A stretch of DNA of 64,000 bases from Clostridia bacterium. GTDB lineage: Bacteria > Bacillota > Clostridia > UMGS1840. The position numbers and the translations under genes were made by a program. Shown here piece after piece: positions 8,759-18,278 of the stretch. The notes beneath the pieces were generated by a model. The model searched no databases. It was not told where the DNA came from and was given only the letters and a program-made list of their open reading frames with translations. Positions within the stretch are counted from its first letter, which is position 1, and each line of letters begins with the position of its first letter. The DNA lies in contig JAZQKB010000041.1 of the NCBI GenBank assembly GCA_045541975.1, positions 40 to 64,039 of the forward strand, in the 5' to 3' direction.

Positions 8759-10354
8759 TTATTCCGAAGGTTTTGGAAAGCGGATGATAACTCGGGTATA
8801 GCTGTTTTTTTCGCTTTCAAAACGGATGGAGCTTTCTTCTCCGAAAAAGAGTTTCATTCGTTTTAAGGAGTTGGAAATGCCAATATGTTTCTGCTCCTGA
8901 GTTCCTTCGTTTAACACGGCAAGACGTTCGGGAGTCATACCGTAACCGTTATCGTAAATTTCCGAGAGAATATAGCCGTTTTCTTCCCGCATGGAAATCT
9001 GAATCAAACAGTCTTTTCTGGCACCGGAAAGTCCATGCACCACGCAGTTTTCCACAAAGGTATGGAAGAACTGGGGTGGAATGGGAAGTGTCATCAGCTG
9101 TGGCTCAATTTTTGTTTCCAGCGGATATTTCTTTTCGTGGGAAAGTTCGTTAATAAACAGATATTTGCGAATAGTTTCCATTTCATCTGCTACAGAAATA
9201 TATTTTCGGTCCTTTTTTAAAATTTCCCGATAATACAGCGCCATATTGTCTACTAGATTCATAATTTTTTGGTTCTGAATCCGATATGCATCCAAACGGA
9301 TGGAGGCAAGAGAATTATAAAGCATATGAGGGTCCAACTGCATAGAAAGTCGTTCCATTTCCAGTTGTCTGTTTTCCAGTTCTGCAGCTTGGATTGCATC
9401 GTGATATGCCTTTAATTCCAGGGAAAGCTTATGCAGGGTTTGTTTAATGGTATTCAATTCCTGTAAATCGTACTCGGTGCGAAAAAATTCACTGTCATAA
9501 AGCAAATCTTCGCCGTCCAGATTTCCCATGAACCGATAAATTTCCCCTAAGGTTTTTCGTGCGGTGTGACGGGTAATCCAGAGAATCAAAGCAATCAACA
9601 CCATCAGCATAATAAAACCTGAAATAATAATTTCCGCACATCGTTGGTATAGCTCACCCTTGGGGATTTTCATCATACAAGAGAGACTGTCGTTTACGGA
9701 CAGTGAGATATAGTTTTCGGAATCCTGCACTCTGGGGTCATTGGAAAACACAATTTCCACGGGGAATCCCAACGACTCGGAATGCAAAATCTGAATCTGA
9801 TAGCGAAGGATACTGTCCGGGTTTCTCGGCAGACGGCGGTACATTATAATGCCTGTCATTTTTTCGCCGGAATACTTCATAGACTTATCAAACACAATAT
9901 CCGTTTTTTTGGACTCAAATGCTTCCATAATTTTGTTGTAATCATGTAAACGGGAAACATGGGAATATAGGTTGGATTCTTGTATGGAGCGGTTGGTTGT
10001 GTAAATCATAGGGGCATTTTGATAAATGGTTGCAGACATCAAAATTTCCTTAGAATAGTCCAGCATTTCCAGCATTTCATCGGTGGAATAGTTTTCCTTT
10101 TTTAACGCATTGCTGATGTAGGAAGACTGCACAATATGCTCCGAGTGAATCATCGCCTGATTCAGGGTTTCCTCTACAGTATCCACATACATTGAAAAGT
10201 CGCTTTTTCGCTCTGAAAGACCGAACTGATAGGCGTTTAGGGTGGCGAAGCAAATAGTGTAGGTCCAAACAAGCAACACAAAAAAACCGATAACGCGGAT
10301 GTTACCGTGTAAAATCTGTTCCAGTAAACTTTTGCGCATCGGTTTTTTCATCAA
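8759..10354 (-). CDS. YesM/LytS-type sensor histidine kinase
   Basis: Two TM helices; QLDPHMLYNSL H-box; FVENCVVHG N-box; DNGYG and HIGISN G-boxes. Confidence 0.92.
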   Translation of the reverse strand: MMKKPMRKSLLEQILHGNIRVIGFFVLLVWTYTICFATLNAYQFGLSERKSDFSMYVDTVEETLNQAMIHSEHIVQSSYISNALKKENYSTDEMLEMLDYSKEILMSATIYQNAPMIYTTNRSIQESNLYSHVSRLHDYNKIMEAFESKKTDIVFDKSMKYSGEKMTGIIMYRRLPRNPDSILRYQIQILHSESLGFPVEIVFSNDPRVQDSENYISLSVNDSLSCMMKIPKGELYQRCAEIIISGFIMLMVLIALILWITRHTARKTLGEIYRFMGNLDGEDLLYDSEFFRTEYDLQELNTIKQTLHKLSLELKAYHDAIQAAELENRQLEMERLSMQLDPHMLYNSLASIRLDAYRIQNQKIMNLVDNMALYYREILKKDRKYISVADEMETIRKYLFINELSHEKKYPLETKIEPQLMTLPIPPQFFHTFVENCVVHGLSGARKDCLIQISMREENGYILSEIYDNGYGMTPERLAVLNEGTQEQKHIGISNSLKRMKLFFGEESSIRFESEKNSYTRVIIRFPKPSE

Positions 10355-10362
10355 TTGTTACC

Positions 10363-11916
10363 TCAATTTTCGGAAGTTTTCTGATTTGCTTGCTGAAACT
10401 CCCTGGGAGTGATTCCGTTATATTTTGCAAAAACGGTTTTAAAGTAATCGTAGTCACTGTAGCCCACCTTATAGGCAATCTGGGTCAGATTCATTTTGCT
10501 GGTGGAAAGCAGTTTTTTAGCTTCCTCCATACGAACGGACAGCAAATAGTCGTAAATGGTGATGCCAAGTTCCCGTTTGAACACATTTCTTAAGTGAGAA
10601 TAGCTCACAAACAGTTGGGAAGCAATCTCTTCAATGGAAGAAATGGTGGAGAAATTGTTGTGAATATAGTTGATGGTCTTCTGAACCAGAGCAAACTGGG
10701 ATTTTCCTTTGTAATTCTTTAAATATTCCCCTGTTAACGTGAGAATATTGCGAAGCCAGATCAAAAAATGTTCCGGATCGGAAAACCGGTTGATTTTATG
10801 GTAGGAAAGGTCTGTTCTTCCCACAATCTGAGCAATGTCAATGTCGTTTTTTAACAGCACTGCCTGAATGGAAGAAATGGTGGAAAGATACAGTTCCTTC
10901 AGCAGGGTTTCGTCATATTCCGGCTCTGAGAAATTGAAGGTTCTGATAAACTGCCCGATTTCTGCGGGAGTAACATCAGCCCGCACCAAATTGGCAACAG
11001 ACTCATTATAGGCAATAAAGTTGAACGAAACATTTTTTACCGAAATATCGGAGTAAGCAATGTAGTCCGAACGAATCAGTTCCAGATTGGTTTTCAGGGC
11101 GGAATCTGCCTGTTTTTCCAAGGATTTCAGCTCAAACAGGTTGCCACCTGTGTCGGAAGCACCTGCTTTCACGGTGACTGCATAGCGGTCAAACAAATCC
11201 TTGATTTTATTGCACATGACACTACGGACGGTATCCTGGAAATTGCTGTTTTTTTCACTCATAAACAGCACTAGTATCGCATCGGTTCCGTGGGGCAGTA
11301 CCACCGGTTCAATTCCCTGAGAGAGTGCCTCCGGAAAGTCTTTTAAATCGCTGTAGGAAGAGAAAATATCTCCTTCTGTTTCCAGAAATTTCGCTTTCAC
11401 CAGAATGAAATGGCGGAAATCCTGCATCAGCAGTGTTGGTGCTGCTTCAAACAGATGAGAGGCATCTGTGGTGTCGGCAGAAAGCAGACGAAACACATAG
11501 TTTTCCCGCCCCAGCTGAAGACTGTTGGCAGATTCAAAATTCTTTTCTGCCCGTTTAATTGCTTTTTTAATGGCATGAATCAGTTCTTCGGGGATAATGG
11601 GCTTCATCAGATATGCCACAACACCGTTATCAATCGCGCGTCTGAAATACTCCACATCATCATAACAGCTAATGTAGATAAATTGAGCGTCAATTCCCAT
11701 GTCACGGATTTTTCCGGTTAATTCCATCCCGTCAATTTCAGGCATGGAAATATCGGTAATCACAACGTCAGGCTTGAACTCTTTGCAGATTTCCAGCGCT
11801 TCGTATCCGCTTTGGGAAATTTTGATACCGCTGATATTAAATTCTTCCGGCTCAATATAACTGAGCAAACTCTGCAGATGCACATAATTGTCATCCACAA
11901 GTAATATTTTATACAT
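10363..11916 (-). CDS. YesN-type response regulator (REC + AraC HTH)
   Basis: ILLVDD...DVVITDISMPEIDG receiver domain; C-terminal IAYKVGYSDYDYFKTVFAKYNGITPREF AraC domain. Confidence 0.93.
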   Translation of the reverse strand: MYKILLVDDNYVHLQSLLSYIEPEEFNISGIKISQSGYEALEICKEFKPDVVITDISMPEIDGMELTGKIRDMGIDAQFIYISCYDDVEYFRRAIDNGVVAYLMKPIIPEELIHAIKKAIKRAEKNFESANSLQLGRENYVFRLLSADTTDASHLFEAAPTLLMQDFRHFILVKAKFLETEGDIFSSYSDLKDFPEALSQGIEPVVLPHGTDAILVLFMSEKNSNFQDTVRSVMCNKIKDLFDRYAVTVKAGASDTGGNLFELKSLEKQADSALKTNLELIRSDYIAYSDISVKNVSFNFIAYNESVANLVRADVTPAEIGQFIRTFNFSEPEYDETLLKELYLSTISSIQAVLLKNDIDIAQIVGRTDLSYHKINRFSDPEHFLIWLRNILTLTGEYLKNYKGKSQFALVQKTINYIHNNFSTISSIEEIASQLFVSYSHLRNVFKRELGITIYDYLLSVRMEEAKKLLSTSKMNLTQIAYKVGYSDYDYFKTVFAKYNGITPREFQQANQKTSEN

Positions 11917-11983
11917 AAGAATACCTCGCTTTGCAACCTTAAAAGTCTCTTTATGGAAGGTCGTAGCGGTTTTTCATCATAAA

Positions 11984-13666
11984 CTAAATCAGATTTTTTA
12001 ATTCCTGATTGATTTTTTCACGGTAGTGAACAATGTAGTCACCAAAGTAGGGGAAGCTATCAAAGGTGATGGTCTGTCCTGCAATTTCTTCGATTAAGTT
12101 AACTACATAGTCTTTTCCTTTGTAGCTTGCCAACAGGTGCATCGCAGTGTAGTCCTGAATCCCGTCTTTAAACACTTTTAAGCGGATACTTTCCACCACT
12201 TCATCACCGTAGGGATACACGCTGAAACCGTCCCCTGCAGGGAAAGCACCTTCGGAATCCACGGTTTCGTAGGGATTAATTAATCCTCTGGACAAAATGG
12301 AGTAGAAGTAGTTGTAACCCCAATGCAAGAAGCCTACACAGTCATACTTAAACATCTGGGTACCCATAATTCTGTTTCTTGCAGAGGGCTGTGCCAAGAA
12401 TCGGTTTGACACATCCTTTGCCTGAGCAGAACAGTAGTAAACCCAACGGTTTTCGATGTCTTCCTGTAAGAATTTGTCCATGCGGTCGCTGGCAGGAACG
12501 GGGGTGTTTACCAGGCCTTTTTTATAAAAATCAATGTCGGAAAGAGCATCCAGCATTTTAAAGCCTTTGGTATAGGGGGCAATCAGCTCCTGTGCATATT
12601 TGTACGAATCAAAATGTCCTAAGCTTAAGAAGGGTTCGTCAGACACATGGAAATACACCTTGTCCTGCACACCTTTCGCTTTTAAGAATGCTACCAGCTC
12701 GGGCATCATTGCATCAATAAACTCTTTGTATTCAGGAGTTTTTGCTTCCACATGCCAGCCAAAGCGTTTTTCTTCTTTGCCGTCTGCAATGACCACAATT
12801 TTGGGGGTATGCACTGCACCCCACTGGGTAAACAGATGGCTCATTTCAAAATACTGTACGCCGTTCTTCAGGCAGATGTCAATCCACTTGTCCAGCTTAT
12901 CAAATTTGAAGGAATATTTGCCGCTGTCGCAGAAACAGTCTACCAACTGAACGGTTTTTCTTTCTCCTAAGTAAGCAGTATCCAGAGGCGGTGTAAACAG
13001 GGGAGTGAGCAGCATGTTGATGCCATTGTCCACTGCCACACGGATGTATTTTTCAATCATTTCCCAATGTTTGTCGGAAAAGATTTCGCAGTTGTGCATA
13101 TCAGCGATACAGTCGCAATGGAACCACTGGGTAAAGATCATTTCCTGCTTGGGAAGTTTCATATCAATTACTTCCAGATTAAATACCGAGGAAGTTTTAT
13201 AATCGTCATCATAATCGGTGCCCTCAAAGGTCACTTCGATGGGGTATACGCCGGGTTTGCAGTCTTCCGGAACCCGCACACTGATCCACACAGCCTGCCA
13301 TTTGTGACAAACAGCGTACAGCGGATGTTCATTGGTAATGGGCATTAACGGGTCAGGATACATTCCTGCGGATAAAGAATAGTAACCGTTATCGCATTTG
13401 GTGGGAAATGCAGCCAGTTCCACCGGCACGTTTCTTACCTTTCTGACGGTAACATAGGGAGCCAGCTCGGAGTTCACGCTAACCTTCAGGTTGCTTCTGC
13501 CGTGCCACCAATCGGTTTTGAAAATCTTAGTGAATGCAATCTGATAGGAGTATTCTTCTCCTTTTAACGCAGAACCGCCACGGATGGTTTCATGAACGGG
13601 TTCTTTGTCAAACAGCACCTTTTCCAGGGAAGATACCTGTTTTAATTTCAGCTCGTAAATAGCCAT
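11984..13666 (-). CDS. DUF4091-domain glycoside hydrolase, GH123-like (putative beta-N-acetylgalactosaminidase), no signal peptide
   Basis: HVSDEP catalytic-type DE pair, WVYYC, GFLHWGYNY, PAGDGFSVYP, SIRLKVFKDGIQDY. Start at ATG 13666 after AAGGA. Confidence 0.75.
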   Translation of the reverse strand: MAIYELKLKQVSSLEKVLFDKEPVHETIRGGSALKGEEYSYQIAFTKIFKTDWWHGRSNLKVSVNSELAPYVTVRKVRNVPVELAAFPTKCDNGYYSLSAGMYPDPLMPITNEHPLYAVCHKWQAVWISVRVPEDCKPGVYPIEVTFEGTDYDDDYKTSSVFNLEVIDMKLPKQEMIFTQWFHCDCIADMHNCEIFSDKHWEMIEKYIRVAVDNGINMLLTPLFTPPLDTAYLGERKTVQLVDCFCDSGKYSFKFDKLDKWIDICLKNGVQYFEMSHLFTQWGAVHTPKIVVIADGKEEKRFGWHVEAKTPEYKEFIDAMMPELVAFLKAKGVQDKVYFHVSDEPFLSLGHFDSYKYAQELIAPYTKGFKMLDALSDIDFYKKGLVNTPVPASDRMDKFLQEDIENRWVYYCSAQAKDVSNRFLAQPSARNRIMGTQMFKYDCVGFLHWGYNYFYSILSRGLINPYETVDSEGAFPAGDGFSVYPYGDEVVESIRLKVFKDGIQDYTAMHLLASYKGKDYVVNLIEEIAGQTITFDSFPYFGDYIVHYREKINQELKNLI

Positions 13667-13742
13667 AACTCTCAGTCCTTTCGGCATTGATCCTATAAAA
13701 ATAATTGACGGTCTGATAATCAGACAACAATACTTCAATGAT

Positions 13743-13771
13743 AGTATAATTTATCTTTTGTTTTTTGTAAA
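13743..13771 (-). promoter_or_regulatory. sigmaA-type promoter of the GH123-like/two-component arm
   Basis: TTTACA-17 bp-TATACT. Confidence 0.65.
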
Positions 13772-13920
13772 CCTAAAATGTGTTTTTTTGAACCCCCTAA
13801 AATCTGCTTTTCTGAAGGCCGGAAAATTACAAGGTCCAAATTTAGAAAAAAACAGCATAAAAAAGCTTCCATTATTTTACAAAAAATAGTGATTTGAGGT
13901 TTTTTACCCCTAAAATCTGC
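13772..13920. repeat. Direct repeats CCTAAAAT / CCCCTAAAATCTGC, candidate regulator-binding sites
   Basis: Exact 14-mer at 13794-13807 and 13907-13920; 8-mer core also at 13772-13779, abutting the leftward -35. Confidence 0.55.
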
Positions 13921-13983
13921 CAAAAACTGTGATTATTATTGAAAAAAAGCACATTTTAGTATATAAAAAAAGCAGATTATGGG

Positions 13984-14012
13984 TTCACAAAAACAGTTTT
14001 TTTTTGTATAAT
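13984..14012 (+). promoter_or_regulatory. sigmaA-type promoter of the ABC/surface-protein operon
   Basis: TTCACA-17 bp-TATAAT. Confidence 0.65.
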
Positions 14013-14265
14013 ATAGACAAAATAATATAGTTTGGTTCGACCAAAAACTACAATTTCTGAACGAACCGTATTCTGGGTGGCGCTTCCAGTGGGGAGGTGC
14101 TGCCGGCGAGGACAACGTCAACTTCTATAAAAAGGGTGGACTTTGTCCGTTTTGTCGTCTGATAAAACGTTATCGGAAACGGTTTTTCATGAGTTGAGGT
14201 TCCGGAAAAACCGACGTGTTCCAAAAAAACGCAAAAACATTAAAGTAAGGTGGAATGAGAGAAAC

Positions 14266-15291
14266 ATGAAAAAAGTAATGGAACAGACAAATGAACAAGT
14301 TCTGGAATCAGTTGCCACCCCCGAAGTTGAAACGGGTGTTGCTGAAATGGAATTTGTTGCACCGCCGAAAAAGAAGAAAGGCTTCTTTTTCAACATTCGC
14401 AAATTCAGCGGTGCGTACTTAATGATTTTGCCGGCAATTGTGCTGACAATCATCTTTTCCTACCTGCCTATGTACGGTATCGTGATGGCATTTAAAAACT
14501 TCCATCCGGTAGAAGGTATTTTGGGAAGCCCCTGGGCAGCAAACTATGGATTTGAGCATTTCATTGCGATTTTCCAAGAGCCCGATTTGGTGAAAGCTGT
14601 ATCAAACACCGTTGTATACGGTCTGGTTATTTTATTCGGAGGTTATCCCTTCCCGATTATCCTGGCTCTGATGTTCAACGAAATCAGAAGCAAATGGTTT
14701 AAGAAAGTTTCCCAGACCATTGCATACTTTCCCCACTTCTTATCCTGGATTTCCGTTATCGGTCTGCTGTATACCTTCTTAGCAAAAGAAGGACCCTTCA
14801 ACCAGCTGATGGGATCTTTGGTAAATGGTTGGGTTCCCGTAAACCCCTTAATGAAGCATGAATACTTCTTAACCATTATGTTTGTTTCCCACTTATGGAA
14901 AAACGTTGGTTACTCTTCCGTTGTATTCTTAGCAGCGATTACCGGTATTGACCCCGGCCTTTACGAGGCTGCAAGTATTGACGGTTGCGGCAAGTGGAAA
15001 CAGGTTTGGCATATCACCCTGCCCAGCATCAAGCCTACCATGGTAATTATCCTGGTTATGTCTTTGGGCGGCCTGATCAACGTAAACTTTGAACAGGTAT
15101 ATGGTATGCAGAATGCATTTACCCAGCCGTACACTGAAGTAATCGGTACTGTTGTATACCGTCGTGGTATTATGGGCGGTGACTATTCTTCATCCACTGC
15201 ATTCGGTTTATTCCAGGGTCTGGTTAGCTTATTCCTGGTAGTGTCTGCAAACTGGATTTCTAAGAAAGTCACCGAACAGAGTATTTGGTAA
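14266..15291 (+). CDS. Carbohydrate ABC transporter permease (LplB/YteP type)
   Basis: YLPMYGIVMAFKNF, PHFLSWI, LYEAASIDG EAA loop. Start uncertain (14143-14278). Confidence 0.92.
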   Translation: MKKVMEQTNEQVLESVATPEVETGVAEMEFVAPPKKKKGFFFNIRKFSGAYLMILPAIVLTIIFSYLPMYGIVMAFKNFHPVEGILGSPWAANYGFEHFIAIFQEPDLVKAVSNTVVYGLVILFGGYPFPIILALMFNEIRSKWFKKVSQTIAYFPHFLSWISVIGLLYTFLAKEGPFNQLMGSLVNGWVPVNPLMKHEYFLTIMFVSHLWKNVGYSSVVFLAAITGIDPGLYEAASIDGCGKWKQVWHITLPSIKPTMVIILVMSLGGLINVNFEQVYGMQNAFTQPYTEVIGTVVYRRGIMGGDYSSSTAFGLFQGLVSLFLVVSANWISKKVTEQSIW

Positions 15292-15309
15292 GAAAGGAGA
15301 TTGATTGAC

Positions 15310-16197
15310 ATGAAGAGAAGTTTAGGAGAAAAAAGCTTTGGCGTTGTAAACATGATTCTCATGATACTCATCTGCATCATCTCTGTTTACCCGTATTTAA
15401 ACCAGGTAGCGGTTTCGTTAAACGACGGTAGAGACGTTATGGCAGGCGGTATCACCATTTTCCCCAGAAAATTCACCTGGGAAAACTACACCACTGTACT
15501 TTCCAACCCCTCATTCCTGCAGGCTGCAAAAGTTTCTGTTACAAGAGTTATTTGCTCCACTGTGTTATCCCTGTTGGTAACCTATTCTGCAGCATACGGC
15601 TTAACCAGAAGAGGTTTACCTTATAGAAAATTCTTAACTTTATTCCTGATGTTACCCGGCTATATTCCGGTTGGTACCATTCCTACATACATCAACATCA
15701 GTAACTTAGGTTTACTGGATAACTTCTGGGTATATATCATTCCCGGACTGTTCGGTTTCTACAATATGATTATTATCCGTTCCTATCTGCAAGAGCTTCC
15801 GCCTGAAATGGAAGAAAGTGCGAAGATTGACGGTGCAAACGACTTAATCATTATGTTCCGCATCATTTTCCCCATGACACTGCCGGTAGTTGCCTGCGTA
15901 GCACTGTGGGTATCCGTTGGTGCATGGAACGACTGGACCTCCACTTTGATTTATGTTACTGACCCCGACCTGCACACTCTGCAGTACTTAATGATGCGTC
16001 TGGTAAAAGAAGCAGAAACTGCAAACCAGATGTCTATGCAGGCTGCTATGAGTAAAGGTCAAACGGTTCCCCGTGTTACCGGTGATACTGTAAAAGCAGC
16101 AACCTTAATTATCACCACATTACCGATTCTGATGGTATATCCCTTCTTGCAGAAATACTTCATCAAAGGTATCAATATTGGTGCAGTAAAAGGTTAA
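15310..16197 (+). CDS. Carbohydrate ABC transporter permease (LplC/YtcP type)
   Basis: EMEESAKIDGAND EAA loop, WNDW, YPFLQKYFIKGINIGAVKG end. Confidence 0.93.
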   Translation: MKRSLGEKSFGVVNMILMILICIISVYPYLNQVAVSLNDGRDVMAGGITIFPRKFTWENYTTVLSNPSFLQAAKVSVTRVICSTVLSLLVTYSAAYGLTRRGLPYRKFLTLFLMLPGYIPVGTIPTYINISNLGLLDNFWVYIIPGLFGFYNMIIIRSYLQELPPEMEESAKIDGANDLIIMFRIIFPMTLPVVACVALWVSVGAWNDWTSTLIYVTDPDLHTLQYLMMRLVKEAETANQMSMQAAMSKGQTVPRVTGDTVKAATLIITTLPILMVYPFLQKYFIKGINIGAVKG

Positions 16198-16293
16198 TTC
16201 TGAAAATCCCCTATACTATTATATATTATATAGGGAAAAACTTCCCCATTTATTTTGTAAAAATAAAATACATATAAAAAGGAGAAAAACATT

Positions 16294-18222
16294 ATGAAAA
16301 CCATGAAAAGAATTCTCGCGTTACTATTAGTAGCGACCATGGCTCTTTCTCTGGCAGCTTGCGGATCAAGCAAACAGAGACAGGCAGCAACAGTTGAGTT
16401 TGACGAAAACGGCAACTACATCGTGCCGGACAGACACCTCGAAATCATTGGTTGGAACACTCAGGGTACTGACTACGCTATGGGTGCTGACCTTGGCTTC
16501 AAAGACGTTACCGCTGATTGGCTGGAAGCAAGAACCAACGTTTCCTACAAAAACATCTATGGTAATGACAACGGTTCCTGGGATGCGAAGCTGACCAGAC
16601 TGGTAACCGGTAAAAACATGCCCGATGTTGTGTTCTGTGGCGCTTTCCAGGGTCCTGCACACTTCAACAAATTAGACGAGATGAACGTTCTGTATCATCT
16701 GACTCCCGAAATGATTCAGAAAGTTGCTCCCAACCTGTGGGCAAGAACTCCTCAGGATTGTTGGGATGCTTTCACCGTAACCAGAGACGGCGAAACCTAC
16801 ATCACCGGTATTCCTTACAACATTCATGTAAGCTATGATGAACCCTTCTACGCTCAGACCGCAGAATTTGAACCTTACGCTGAAGAAGATGTTCAGTACA
16901 TCAGAGAAACTCAGTTAAAATATGAAACTGACGTTACCTTCTTATCTACACAGTGCTTATATGTTCGTGATGACATTTTAAAAGACTTCTTCCCCGAAGC
17001 AAAAACCTATGACGAATTAGTTGAAATCTTAGAAGAAACCAACGCTCCTTTAGGCGACATTATGCTGGACGTTCCGATTTATTCTACTGAAGAATTAGTA
17101 GACTTTATGTATGCAATCCAGGCAAAAGGCTATAAAGAAGGCGGCAAAACCGTGTATCCCTTCGGTTACAACGGTGGTGACAACTGGTTAGCATTATCTC
17201 AGTTCGGTTCCGAATTAATGGGTTACAAAAACCACAACTATTCCGGTACCATCAACTGGAACACCAAACGTTACGAATTATTCTTACTGTCTGACATCGT
17301 TAAAGAATCTGCAAGACTGCAGAACCAGATGTTAAACGACGAAGTTATCGAATCTGAATCCTTAGCACAGCCCACCAACTTATATCAGGAAAAAGTATTA
17401 AACGGTCAGTATGCAATCGCTGCAATCAACGCATTCAGCCAGGTTGGTATCGTAAATGACCAGCTGGAAGAAATGGGCAAAACCTTCAGATATCGTCCCT
17501 TAATCATGCAGATTCCTAACCATCCGGATTATCCTGCATTCACTGAAAAAACCATGTGGATGAACTCTCTGGCTATGACCACCACTATGACCGAAGCTGA
17601 CGTTTATCAGTACTTATACTGGATTGATTCTCAGTACACTACCGAATGGGAAGAAATCGCAGCTTGGGGTTCCCAGTCCGATGAATTATGGCACTATGAA
17701 ACTGACGAAAACGGTCGTCAGATCAGAAAATTCAATGACGAAAGATTCAACCAGGAATTCTTAGACCTGGATGACACTGCATTAGCTGATGGCGAAACCT
17801 TAGGTTTAGGTGATACCTCCGGTTCCGAATTCCCCGTTTATCCGCTTTCCACCACTAAATGGAACCACTTAATTTACAACAGGGGTTACGTTTATTCTGA
17901 AACCGGTGATGGTGGCTTCAGATTCCCGCCTGAAAGCGAACACGTTAAAAACGTTGTTGCATATCCGCCCACTCAGATTTGGTCTTCCATCTATGCTGAT
18001 ATTCCGGAAGTTGTTGATTTCTGGTCTACCAGAGAACAGTGGGAATCCAAAACCCGTATCGCTTTAGGTGCAAAACCCGGCGAATTTGAAACCAGATGGG
18101 CTGAATTAGAAGCTTGTATCGAAGGTATTGTTGATATCGAAGCATTTGAAGATGCTTGTACCGCAGCAGCAGTTCCCTACATGGAAGCTTTAGGCGCAAT
18201 TGAAACCGCTCCTGAATCCTAA
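16294..18222 (+). CDS. Extracellular solute-binding lipoprotein of the ABC importer
   Basis: Lipobox LAAC-GSS, SBP-like segments (KLTRLVTGKNMPDVVF), position after two permeases. Confidence 0.85.
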   Translation: MKTMKRILALLLVATMALSLAACGSSKQRQAATVEFDENGNYIVPDRHLEIIGWNTQGTDYAMGADLGFKDVTADWLEARTNVSYKNIYGNDNGSWDAKLTRLVTGKNMPDVVFCGAFQGPAHFNKLDEMNVLYHLTPEMIQKVAPNLWARTPQDCWDAFTVTRDGETYITGIPYNIHVSYDEPFYAQTAEFEPYAEEDVQYIRETQLKYETDVTFLSTQCLYVRDDILKDFFPEAKTYDELVEILEETNAPLGDIMLDVPIYSTEELVDFMYAIQAKGYKEGGKTVYPFGYNGGDNWLALSQFGSELMGYKNHNYSGTINWNTKRYELFLLSDIVKESARLQNQMLNDEVIESESLAQPTNLYQEKVLNGQYAIAAINAFSQVGIVNDQLEEMGKTFRYRPLIMQIPNHPDYPAFTEKTMWMNSLAMTTTMTEADVYQYLYWIDSQYTTEWEEIAAWGSQSDELWHYETDENGRQIRKFNDERFNQEFLDLDDTALADGETLGLGDTSGSEFPVYPLSTTKWNHLIYNRGYVYSETGDGGFRFPPESEHVKNVVAYPPTQIWSSIYADIPEVVDFWSTREQWESKTRIALGAKPGEFETRWAELEACIEGIVDIEAFEDACTAAAVPYMEALGAIETAPES

Positions 18223-18278
18223 ATCCTAAATCATACTAAAATTTCTAACCACACAACAGAAAATATGAGGAAGAATTT

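Noticed and set aside
14159-14176. CcpA cre site
   Set aside because: Only 11/14 match to TGWAARCGYTWWCA, with the leading TG missing. Kept only as a remark in the leader finding.
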